Assembly (NCBI GenBank): GCA_001662655.1
Contig: KV460210.1
Origin: Pseudogymnoascus verrucosus
Lineage: Eukaryota
Direction: 5' to 3' (one strand)
Length of the DNA stretch: 64,000 nucleotides
Part shown: positions 12,643 through 23,939 of the stretch, piece after piece
How the letters are laid out: the number at the start of each line of letters is the position of its first letter
Numbering within the stretch: position 1 is the stretch's first letter
Position numbers and translations under genes: made by a program
Notes under the pieces: model-generated
Databases searched by the model: none
What the model was told of the DNA's origin: nothing
The model's input: only the letters and a program-made list of their open reading frames with translations

Positions 12643-14114
12643 GGCTGAAAGTCGTTACGATCCCTGGCAGGTGAAGTTGTACGTGTGCATCGATGTCGAC
12701 TTGTACAAGTACAAGCAGGTCGCTTGCTTTGGTTCAGAGCTCCGTAATGCCTCCGACATGTATATTCGCGTCGATGTGGGGGTGAGAGAGGTCGCGAGAG
12801 AGAGTTCAGCCTATGAAAAGTTGCAAAGATGGCCCCGTTTGAGAAGCACACAAGCTTTTGTCCGGTGCTGTGAAGTTTAAGCACTTTGGAATAGAGATGG
12901 TTGATCGGTCAAGAGCCGCAGATCGCAACGTGGGGCAGCTCATCATCATTAGTTGAGAGTTGGGAAGCCTCGGACAATGATAGCGCCGTTCCGATAAGGT
13001 GGCCGAACAATAGGAACAAGGCTACTATTGGTCTATTACTGGGCTTTATACGGTAAATTCTCATCATTTTAATTTGATTATATTGTTATAAACTGCCAGA
13101 TAATTAGTTGCTAACCTAGACTAGTAGATAAGCTACAATTATTTCGAAAGTTTGATGGGAATGAGCGTTATCGGCCACAACAAGCGCCTCCCAGGGTCGT
13201 TTATCGACAGCCAAGCGACCCCTCCAAATACACCAGTTGACGGGGCTACCACGGTACACAGCACTTCCGGATATCTCATTCTTGGGAGTTTCGTACTGCC
13301 AGAATGAAAAGCCTCATTCCCAGCCACGTTGATATTCATGGAAGAGGCTGGGAATGGGACTGTTCAAACGTGATATGTGCGGCAACCATCACGTAGCCCA
13401 TGTCTTATGTCTGGTGACCGGGTCGTCGTGAGAGAAATCAGGAAACTCGTCATCACCACCACTACAAGAACAGGGGCATTCCCAGTGTTAGTCTTTATGA
13501 ATCTTAGCATGTGATCAGTGGCAGGTTTCACAGAATTTCGCCATTTTGCCCTGGTGGCTAATCCAGTCCTCACTGTGGCTGTGGTAGCATTGTGGTAGCC
13601 TCGTCGTTCTTGTTAATGGTCCATCCATCGGGGATGTTCATGTCAGCCTTCCCATCTGCTTTACCGAGACTAGCGCGGTTGCAACCTGACAAGACGGGTC
13701 CACCGGACAGCTCCCTGGCGCCTTCCCTCTCTGTTGGAGCGATAGAGCTTACTAGTCTTGGCATCACAGGACGGCCGCGTTTACTAGAGGCACTACTACC
13801 AACCGCCAGGCGCATCTTCATCGAAGGCAGGCTCGACTGGCTAGTCTGCCTCTATATACTTGCTCTTCCAACAACCAACAACAACACACTGGCTTCTCGA
13901 TCTTCATGTTGATAGGCACTGCTTGATTTTGCTTCATCTTACTCTACACGTCACAGTCACACCGAGTTACCTGTCTCGACTATTGATGTTCGTGCTTCCG
14001 ACAGCTAGAGCTTGACATTGAGCAATCATCGGAGAGCCGCTTGTATTGGACAGGAACATCCATTGACGACACAACCACCAGCATCGCCCAGCTGTCGCTG
14101 AACGATAACCGGCG

Positions 14115-16283
14115 ATGGGGAACTACTGCTCGACGTGCTGCCAAGGTACATCAACCCTTTCTTTATCTACCAGTCCTTGACTCACCAGTGTTGATGCTAA
14201 CACTTCTACGTCGTACAGGCAGATCCCGAGATGGACTGTACGAGCCAGTCCTCGCCGACAGCGAGAGAGAAGCAGTGGCGGACTTGCTTCAGTACTTGGA
14301 GAATGTAGGGATACTTCTTCCGATCTATTATCGCCCATAGGCAGCACTGATGTTCAGCAGCGTGGAGAAACCGACTTCTTCTCTGGCGAGCCACTCCGAG
14401 CTTTGAGCACCTTGGTATTCTCGGACAATGTCGACTTGCAACGGAGCGCCAGCTTGACGTTCGCGGAAATTACGGAAAGAGGTGAGATAACGATTGCGCA
14501 ATGCCGTGAAGATTCTCGGGCGGTGTTTCACATACCCAAAACAAAGAGCTGGCAAAACAAACAATGGGATGGCACGGAGTATTATCGGAGTCGATGATCA
14601 AGGCCCCAGCCATGTTCTGACCGCTAGTCTGATGCTATCTGAAATATATTACCGTGCAGTACTGACTGACTCTATCAAGCAGACGTTCGCGAAGTTGACC
14701 GAGACACTCTGGAGCCTATCCTATTCCTTCTCCAGAGTCCCGATATAGAGGTGCAGAGGGCGGCCAGTGCGGCATTGGGAAACCTGGCAGTCAACAGTAT
14801 GTCAAAACGCCGCAGCTTCCAGAGAGACGACATCACGGTTACAAGTTACTAATCTGAAATAGATGAGAACAAAGTTGCGATTGTGTTGTTGGGAGGTCTT
14901 ACCCCGCTTATCCGCCAAATGATGTCTCCAAATGTCGAAGTTCAATGCAACGCAGTGGGGTGTATAACAAATCTTGCAACACACGAGGATAATAAGGCAA
15001 AGATCGCAAGGTCAGGAGCGCTGGGCCCACTCACTCGGCTAGCAAAATCCAAAGACATGCGGGTACAAAGAAATGCTACAGGTGCTCTGCTAAACATGAC
15101 ACACTCAGGTAAGTCTACACGTTAATGGTGAGAATCTGGTACTAACCCGACCATAGATGAAAACCGACAGCAACTTGTGAACGCTGGTGCCATACCAGTC
15201 TTGGTAAACCTCCTTTCTTCCTCCGATGTTGACGTCCAATATTACTGTACAACTGCCCTCAGCAACATCGCTGTGGATGCCAACAACAGGAAAAAGCTCG
15301 CTCAGAATGAGACCAGACTCATTCAGTCGCTGGTGAACCTCATGGATTCATCATCACCCAAGGTCCAATGCCAAGCTGCACTTGCACTGAGAAATCTTGC
15401 TTCGGATGAGAAATATCAGATCGAAATCGTCAGGGCTAGGGGTCTCCAGCCACTACTGCGCTTATTGCAGTCATCCTACTTGCCACTGATTTTGTCCGCT
15501 GTCGCCTGCATCCGAAACATCTCTATTCACCCCCTCAACGAATCTCCCATCATTGAGGCGGGTTTCCTCAGGCCACTTGTTGACCTCCTTGGATCTACCG
15601 AAAATGAGGAGATCCAGTGCCATGCCATTTCAACGCTCCGAAACCTGGCTGCAAGCTCCGACAGGAATAAGCAGCTTGTTCTAGAGGCTGGCGCCGTGCA
15701 GAAGTGCAAACAGCTGGTTCTGGATGTACCTATCACTGTGCAGTCCGAGATGACAGCAGCCATTGCTGTCTTGGCCCTCAGTGATGATCTTAAGAGCCAC
15801 CTGCTGAACCTCGGTGTTTTTGACGTCTTGATCCCATTAACCGCATCTGAAAGCATTGAAGTCCAAGGCAATAGTGCGGCAGCCCTGGGAAATTTGTCTT
15901 CTAAAGGTCAGTACATTACTCCGTGTTCTTTAAAGTATATATACTAAATTTTTGTAGTTGGCGATTACTCAATATTCATCCAAGACTGGACGGAGCCAAA
16001 CGGTGGAATTCACGGGTATCTAAAGCGTTTCTTGGCAAGCGGCGATGCGACCTTCCAGCACATTGCCATCTGGACCTTGCTACAGCTACTTGAATCGGAA
16101 GATAAGAAGCTTATTAGCCTTATCGGAAAATCGGAAGAAATTGTGCAGATGATCAAGACTATTTCGGATAGGCAGATCGAGTCAGACGACGACGGAGAAG
16201 AAGAGGGTGAGGGTGAAGTGGTGCAACTGGCCCAGCGTTCCCTCCAGTTGCTAGGCCAGGGCACATCTCACATTGAAGGATGA
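14115..16283 (+). CDS. VAC8: Armadillo-repeat vacuolar protein Vac8
   Basis: Starts [10 protein letters not shown] (Gly2 myristoylation site plus Cys palmitoylation sites). Motifs [45 protein letters not shown] and [15 protein letters not shown]; several GT-AG introns. Confidence 0.96.
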
Positions 16284-16751
16284 AGGATGGAGGTAATCAC
16301 TTTGACGGACCAATAATAGGTCTATATACGGGATGGGAATTCATGGTGTTTGGCGTATCTACGGGCGGTATGCATCATTTGGGAGCGAGCATTCCTGGGA
16401 TAGAAGAGAATCAAGCCGGTTGATATCTCGACAAGGAGATGGCGGCTAGGATGGAACCACAAGTGGTAACTTTTCCAGGCTGTGTATGTTACGTTCTTTG
16501 CTTTGAAGCGTCTCGTTGCGTTTTGCTATTATTCCCCCCTCCGCCTTGGGGTCTCCTTTTTTTCACTATTCCAATGTAATTAGATAGAAGAGCCACAGAT
16601 ATCCCAGCAATGCGCAAATCAATTCTTGAAGGCAATCAATGGTGTTGGTGCATTGTTTGCATGATTTCTATATTTACATCTTTGGATTACTCCATAGTCT
16701 CGGCTCGTCACACGTTCAACCCATAGTATACACCCATATCAAAACACTCCG

Positions 16752-17333
16752 TCATGATGGGCGAGGTCGCAGCTCACTCTCGACCCACTGGCGTTCCCTC
16801 CACGGTAATACCTTCGCAATCACTTTTCCCCTAATCAGCCCCATCGGCATAGGACCCCATGTTCTCGAATCCAACGATGCGTCCAGATTATCCCCCGTAA
16901 CCCAACAATGACCCTTGGGCACCTAACTCACTTAGCAAGCCGACCTCCAACCACCACCTCCACAGAGCGCACGTACCTGAATCATCATATCGCTCGCACT
17001 CCCCGGAGTATTCATCAAGACATAATCACCCTCCAACCCAATCACCCTCTTGATCACCTTCTCCCCCGGCTCTCTGACCGAGCGGAACGTGACCATGTCC
17101 CCGACCACCACGCCGCGGCCTCGCCGGTACGCCTTCGACGACACCACCCAGTCATGTAACACCTCGAAGGTCGGCAGCATTGAGGCGCCCGCTGTTGGCG
17201 AGATCTCGTAGCCGTACTCCCATACCACGTGCGCGAGGAAGAAGGTCTTCAGTGTGGCGCTGAGGAGGCGGCCGGGATGGCCATAGTACCGATTGAAGAA
17301 TTGGCCCGGGAGCTGTGTAAAGCGGGAGCTCAT
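16752..17333 (-). CDS. IMP1: Mitochondrial inner membrane peptidase subunit 1 (S26 family)
   Basis: Exons 17333-16977 and 16922-16752. Catalytic Ser in GASMLPTF and Lys in VIKRVIG; VPKGHCWVTGDNLDASLDSRTWGPMPMGLIRGKV. Confidence 0.88.
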
Positions 17334-17582
17334 GATGCGGAGGACGGGATCATAGCAGCTAAGTCGCACGGTGAACTTTCACTTTAAAAGCGGATTCCTG
17401 GAGTGCTGGCTTGTTGCGTTATCAGAAGCTGGAGGGAGAAAGCGTTGTTCAGCCTCGACGTGGAGGGAGACGAGGCTGAGGGATGACATAATCACAATTG
17501 TGGGAGCTATGCTTTCATACAAACAAACCCCCGACGACACCTCCCAACCAACTCCTCACGACAACCACACAGTATTCCCAGA

Positions 17583-18356
17583 ATGCGAAACCCACGCTGC
17601 GCCTTCAGCGCCGCCGCGGCATTGCACCGGGTTTTCATCCTCCCCGCCTCGCGGCCTCTCCTCTCCCAATTCCGCCCCCAGCTACGCCCGTCAACTCTCC
17701 CCAAATCCACAACCAGCGCCCTCTTCCAGCACCGCGGCTATGCCTCCGCGCTCCCCCGCGATGAGCAAATCACGAAACTGAATTTCCCCTTCGTACACCT
17801 CGTCGATGAGGCGGGGAAGCTGTCCCCGCCGCAGCGCGTAGCAGATATCCTCGCTACGCTAGACCGAAAAACGCAATCCCTTTACACCGTCGCGCTCCCG
17901 CCCCCGCGACTACGCTCGCGCTGGGAAGCCCCCCCCGGGGCCGCCCCAGCCAGCGAAGAGGGGACAGGGCGCGCAGCTCCCGAGATCCCAGTGTGCAAGA
18001 TCATCACGAAGGAAGTGGCAGGCAAGCCGACGAAATCGGTGAAGAAGAAGGTCGCGAACCCGTCTGCGACGGTCAAGACGCTGGAGCTGAATTGGGCGAT
18101 TGATCCGCATGATTTGGAGCATAGGTTGAAGCGGATGAGGGAGTTTTTGGAGAAGGGGTATAGGGTTGATGTGGTGCTGATTGGGAAGAGGAAGAAGAGG
18201 AAGGCGACGCAGGAGGAGGCGGGGGAGACTTTGAGGAGGATTTTGGGGGGGGTGGAGGAGGTGGAGGGGGCGAAGGAGTGGAAGCCTATGGAGGGGAAGG
18301 TGGGGGGGGTGGTGACGGTGTATCTTGAGGGGAAGGCGAAGAAGGTGGAGGAGTAA
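17583..18356 (+). CDS. Mitochondrial translation initiation factor IF-3
   Basis: Single exon with presequence. IF3 N-domain PRDEQI...VHLVDEAGKL...PVCKII; C-domain VKTLELNWAIDPHDLEHRLKRMREFLEKGYRVDV. Confidence 0.88.
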   Translation: MRNPRCAFSAAAALHRVFILPASRPLLSQFRPQLRPSTLPKSTTSALFQHRGYASALPRDEQITKLNFPFVHLVDEAGKLSPPQRVADILATLDRKTQSLYTVALPPPRLRSRWEAPPGAAPASEEGTGRAAPEIPVCKIITKEVAGKPTKSVKKKVANPSATVKTLELNWAIDPHDLEHRLKRMREFLEKGYRVDVVLIGKRKKRKATQEEAGETLRRILGGVEEVEGAKEWKPMEGKVGGVVTVYLEGKAKKVEE

Positions 18357-18799
18357 GACGGTGAGGGGCTGCACCCAGGGAAGGGGTGGTGTACAAAATT
18401 GTAGTTGGCGATGTATTAGTATAGCTGTAACATTACTACCCGTGAAAATAGATATCACAATGTTCTCATACGACCAAAAGACCGAAAAGAGACGAAGGGG
18501 GACAAATATGGCTAGCAATTGTATTGTACTATATTTACAGGAAGCTGTAATGGCTCCCTTATCTTCCAAAGATCCACATACGTCACGAAGAAGTGCCAGC
18601 GGTATTAGGGGCGGATACCACATTACAACTCAATGCATGAGAGATCATGGCTACGTGGTCATGGTATAGGCTTAAGGCTGCTATGATTGTCCAAGACTAC
18701 CGGGTATACGACAAATGCCCGACTCACCTTACTATTATCGAGACATGCCATCGCCTGGGATTTTAGACGGAAGATGGCGCTGTTCAAGGCTTCCTCTAG

Positions 18800-18935
18800 C
18801 TGTTCGAGTCTGCTGTCCAAGTCTTGCTGTCACCGTTCGAGTCTTCTGTCACTGTTCATGTCTTGCTGTCACTGTTCAGGTCTGCTATCACTGCTTAAAT
18901 CTGCTATCGTCATTGAAGCCTTGCTATCACTCGCC
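18800..18935. repeat. Degenerate 19-20 bp tandem minisatellite, about 6-7 units
   Basis: Units tgctgtcaccgttcgagtct / tctgtcactgttcatgtct / tgctgtcactgttcaggtc / tgctatcactgcttaaatc / tgctatcgtcattgaagcct / tgctatcactc... Confidence 0.8.
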
Positions 18936-19640
18936 AAGATGGCCCTCGACCCCGCAATAGAAGGATGTTGAGCAGGTGCCGTAATGTTCGGAATGACCAC
19001 TGGATTTAGGCTTCCAGATGTTTTGGATTACAGAAGTGGTGTCGGCCGCATATGCAATAGATTTTGCCTTCATAATACGGTAATCGCAGTCTACAGTGAT
19101 CCACAAGCTTGTTTGTGGGAAAAAGTTACTGTGAATAACCACTGGTTAGAACGGTTATTCTACTCGCTGAAAGGAGTGGTGGGATCTGTTCCATGACTCC
19201 ACTTGCATAGACACTCACCACTCCTTTCTGCCGCACGAGCACCCATGAATCAGAAGATGAATAGGGACATTATCAATACAATTTCACATATCAGTCTTCG
19301 TTCCGCATCGTCCTCTGCCCAAAGCTTGTAAGTGAGAGTAGTCGTAATAACATTCAGGGGCATCGTCCGTGCGCAATACATCACAACACACATAATCACC
19401 GAAATATCAAACAAGAACAATATTCAAAACGAGGCGATTTGTTGATATGACACGAGCTCTGAGCCCACTATAGTACAGAAAGATAATACATGTTCGAAAG
19501 TAGAGGGGAGGTATTGCAATAGGCCGTCGAGTCAGCCGTAACAAACATATATCGGGTACTCCTTTTCCGTGCTAAAATGCCAATTATACAACACAGTTCG
19601 CCCACCAATTCTAATAACACAACCGGCCAGATCTACACAT

Positions 19641-21158
19641 CTACTTGAGAATGCGAGTGATAAGTCCAGTAGCAACAGTGCGGCCTCCCTCGCTATTCGC
19701 CCGAAAAGTCAGTAAAAAGTTCATAAAGTAAATGGCAATAGAAATATAATGTCATGGGAGTACTAACCGGACGTTGAAGCGTTGACCGGCCTCGACGGCA
19801 ACAGGGGTGTGGATATCACACTTCATCTCGACGTTGTCACCTGGCATGACCATCTTGGAGTGCGCATCCTCAGTTCCCTCGGGCCAGGTGAAGGTAGCAG
19901 ACTCATCAGCAGTGCGGATGAACATCTGTGGGCGGTAGTTCTCGTGGAAACCAGTGTGGCGTCCACCCTCCTCCTTGGTGAGGACGTACATCGAAGTCAG
20001 GAAAGACTTGTGTGCCTTCTGGGATCCAGGGGCAGCGATAACCATACCTCTACGGATATCCTCACGCTTAACACCACGGAGGAGAAGACCAGAGTTATCT
20101 CCTGCCCTCGACTCCTCGCAGGACTTCTTGAAGGTCTCGATATCGGTAACCTTGGTCTTGATTGGGGTGTCGCCCTTGCCGACGATCTCAACCTCGGCAT
20201 CCTTCTTGAGGGTACCACGCTCAACACGTCCCGAGGCGACGGTGCCACGGCCGGGAATGGAGAACACATCCTCGACAGACATCAGGAAGGGTTTGTCAAG
20301 CTCACGGACGGGAGTTGGGATCCAGGTGTCGACAGCCTTCATCAGCTCGTCAATCTTCTGCTCTCCAATCTCTGGGCGGCGTCCCTCCATGGCGCAAAGT
20401 GCTGAGCCAAGAATGATAGGGGTCTCATCACCCTCAAATCCGTAGGTGGAAAGAAGCTCACGCATCTCCATCTCGACAAGCTCCAACATCTCTGGGTCCT
20501 CGAGGGCATCGACCTTGTTGACGAAGACAACGATCTTCTGGACACCGACTTGGCGGGCCAAGAGCAGATGCTCTCTTGTCTGGGGCATTTGTCCATCCGA
20601 AGCAGCAACGACGATAATCGCACCGTCCATGTTGGCGGCACCAGTAATCATGTTCTTGATGTAATCGGCGTGACCGGGGCAGTCGACGTGGGAGTAATGC
20701 TTCTCCTCGGTAGCGTATTCGACGTGGGATGTCGCGATGGTGATACCACGCTTGCGCTCCTCGGGAGCCTTGTCGATAGAACCATAGTCGAGGAAGTTGG
20801 CAAGACCCTTCTCGGCTTGACGCTTTGTGATGGCGGCTGTGAGGGTGGTCTAGAACTGTTAGTTGTTGATTGAAAAAAGGAGGTCTTCCTCAGTATACCT
20901 TTCCGTGATCGACGTGGCCAATCGTTCCTAATTGAAGTCAGAAACTTGAGAACTTTCAAAAACTGAAGCAGAGATGCCAATCATACCAATGTTTACATGG
21001 GGCTTGGTACGCTCGAAAGCAGCTGCGTACATGCGCATGGAGTCAACTCCATTTCCGCGCTTCAACGCATGGTGCAATGGGCTGACAGCATTGCGTTGCT
21101 GAGTAGCAGCCCTTGCGGTCCGCAAGAAAGGAACAATTGATCTGGTAAAGGCCGGCAT
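19641..21158 (-). CDS. TUF1: Mitochondrial elongation factor Tu
   Basis: Exons 21158-20987, 20927-20899, 20849-19768 and 19692-19641. Motifs [32 protein letters not shown] and [10 protein letters not shown]. Confidence 0.97.
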
Positions 21159-21805
21159 CCTGACCCAAGCTATAAGTACAGAAAGGAAAGAAGATGGAAA
21201 GATTGATGGACCGTATTCGGAAATCGCGAGACGTGCCTGAACATCAAATTTCTTAGCTCGGGAGCGTTGACAGATCGGGTAATCACGTGATAATACGTCG
21301 GTGCTTTTATCGCCGATTCTCAGCCAGTCCGTCATCACCCATATCAAATCACAACTACGAGAAAAACATAAAATAAAATCTTCCTAGAGAATTTACAACT
21401 TCATATTAAGGTTGTGTGCAGGTTGAAAAGCCTGCGAATCATCTATGATGTGGGGTAGAGTCGAATATCGAGTTTTCCCGTATCGAGTTTCCCGAAACCA
21501 CTCCCATGCCCATATGCTAAAAATGGCCTCGCCACTGTTGGTAAAACTCCTGCCATGCGTTTCCGCAGACAGACATTGGTGCCCATTCAGATCAAGTATG
21601 TACACCTTCGGCCCAAAAATATACACCCATAATCCCATAACTCCCCGGTGCGACCTTCTCCCATGAAACATATGCCCCCATCCCAACTCCAATGCTCATT
21701 GATATCGTATCGTAGACATGATAACCCCTCCAATCGAAACCGCCGTCTTAATATGACAACATTATGGCGCATGGTCGCGCTGTTCTGGACATAGAAGATC
21801 ATAGT

Positions 21806-22324
21806 TCAGACCTCTTCAATGCCAACTTTTTTCTTCTCGCCTTCATCTTTGGAGTCTTTTTCGGCTCCCATGAGCTTGTCCATAACGTCCTCATCGTCGC
21901 TAGATTCGCCCTCAGAACTTGTCTCAGAATCGCTTGTCTTTTCCTCAAGAACTCCAAGTCCAAGGTTCATCTCGATATACTGTTCAGCCTTCTCGCCTTC
22001 CTCTTCGTCGTCGTCGATTTCGAGGCGTCGCTCAGCGATGGTACCGGCCTTCTTTTCGGCTTCGAGCTCGCGATTGGCAGCATCCATCTCGGCCAAAAAC
22101 CCCGGAAGTTTGTTCATAAGGGAGGAGTTGCTTTTCAGGGCCGCGAAGTCGAACTTTGGCTTCCGATCCATCGGTTGGACATTCGTAACCTTGTTTGCGC
22201 TCTGGGTCGTATTTTCGGTTTCATTTTGGCGGTCCTCTTCGGATTCAGAGTCCGTACTCCTTGTATCCCCTCGATCCTTCTCGGCAGAGCCGTTGGCACC
22301 GACAGTGTCTGGTTTTCCGGCCAT
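21806..22324 (-). CDS. DUF4598 / NOPCHAP1-like acidic protein (putative box C/D snoRNP assembly factor)
   Basis: Motifs LMNKLPGFLAEMDAANREL and YIEMNLGLGVLEEK, an acidic tract and a C-terminal IEEV, all recalled as typical of this family. Confidence 0.7.
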   Translation of the reverse strand: MAGKPDTVGANGSAEKDRGDTRSTDSESEEDRQNETENTTQSANKVTNVQPMDRKPKFDFAALKSNSSLMNKLPGFLAEMDAANRELEAEKKAGTIAERRLEIDDDEEEGEKAEQYIEMNLGLGVLEEKTSDSETSSEGESSDDEDVMDKLMGAEKDSKDEGEKKKVGIEEV

Positions 22325-22691
22325 GGCGCGAGATATTTTGTGTTCTTGGATGGCAAAGAAATATTTCGATAAGAGATAGCGACTAAAAATAATGGTAGCT
22401 ACGCCCATATTAGTTTAGCTGCCGCTCTGGCGCAGGGACCCCACATGACCCCCGCCAACACCACGGTCCCCCGCCAACAACGGGACGACTCCGGTGTTTG
22501 GCGTTCCTTTGAACAGCGTTTCATCGAAGGCTAACGTCCTCACAAAAGTAGCTACTCTGTCCTCCAAGTAAATACCATCGTCCGGCCGCCAAATCGCCAT
22601 TGCCACTCTCTCTCTTCGCAATCCGTTTGCTGAAGCCCCAAGGACACAGTGACCTTAGTATAAAGCGGCTAGGACCGTAGTCTTCCCGTAG

Positions 22692-23562
22692 ATGGCGCTC
22701 CGACAGTCTCTCCTCACCAGGGGAATAGCGCCAGCACCTGAGGACTCAGAGTTAACATCTCCGGCTGATGAGCGAAACGATGCCAAGAATAACATGCTCA
22801 AGGCCATGCGGCCCCTGCCAACCCAGCATTACTGGAATGTGTACTTTGATAGGTAAAGGCTCCAAGATCCAATCCTGCCAGTGGAGCTCTGCTTTCGTAC
22901 CTCGCTGTGTTATAAGGTTCCACGCTACCGACATGTCGCTGACGTCTCACAGACCGCAAGGAAAAGATCCGAAGAAGGCACCTGATGGAAACTACGAGGC
23001 CACCTTAGAACAGCTCGCCCACCAGATTGAGAGCGTGCAGGACTTCTGGAGATACAACAATAATACCCCTGTTGATCAAATAAAGATGCGGGAGTCTATC
23101 TATCTTTTCAAGCAAGGTTTTCAACCAATCTGGGAGGACCGGAGAAACATAAATGGTGGCAGCTGGACATTCCGTGTCCCCAAGGCTTCGGGGCCAGACT
23201 TCTGGACCAGGGTGCAGCTCATGGCCATTGGAGAGAAGCTACAAGGCTGCCTTGATACTGGTGAGTGAAGGCTCGGATACTTGCATTAAGCGCATGAGAA
23301 ACTAATCAGATCAAACGTAGGTGACCAGTTGTGCGGAGTTGGCTTGTCTGTCCGGTTCAACTCTCACTTAATATCCGTCTGGCACCGAGAATCGTCGAAA
23401 CAGAAGTCGGTAGATGCCATCTTGGCAACAGTGTTAGAGGAGCTACCAGATGAGATGAAGCCTAGGCCAGACAACTACTTCTACAAGAAGCACTCTGACC
23501 ACGCTGGTTTCAAGGCGCCTGTGGACGCAGATACGACAGAGGAATCCTCTGACAAGAAGTGA
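22692..23562 (+). CDS. eIF4E-family cap-binding protein, non-canonical paralog
   Basis: Exons 22692-22852, 22953-23260 and 23321-23562. Motifs PLPTQHYWNVYFDR, SVQDFW, YLFKQGFQPIWED, NGGSW, LMAIGE and ISVW. Confidence 0.88.
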
Positions 23563-23939
23563 AGTGGATTATGTGAAGGAGGACGGCGGAACAGTATCAA
23601 TACGAGAGTCGGAGTTCCATAGAAACTCTCAGTAGTAGGGTTAGACGCGAGGTCAAGGCTGGGCGAGTGCAGATACGAGTTGACGGTGACTCATTCGTGT
23701 CGACTCCGAAAGTTTGAAATATGATGCGATTTAAGTCATCCTGGCAGATAGTTCTGCATTATGGTAGAAGTATATATAAATACAAGGTCCAAACCCCGTA
23801 CCAGGTTATTAGACACATGTGACACTCGCTCTCCCTGAAGACTCCCAGATGTAATATATTATCATCCTTATTGACACCCCCCATACCCTCCCCCACGCCA
23901 TAACTCCATGAAGTACAAAGTGTTCGACCAGAAGAAGCC

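Noticed and set aside
18543..18555. AGCTGTAATGGCT, matching the 5' Alu motif of fungal SRP RNA
   Set aside because: I found no helix-8 signature (AGG...GNRA...GCA) and no convincing long closing helix in the next 300 nt. cmscan with the fungal SRP model would settle it.
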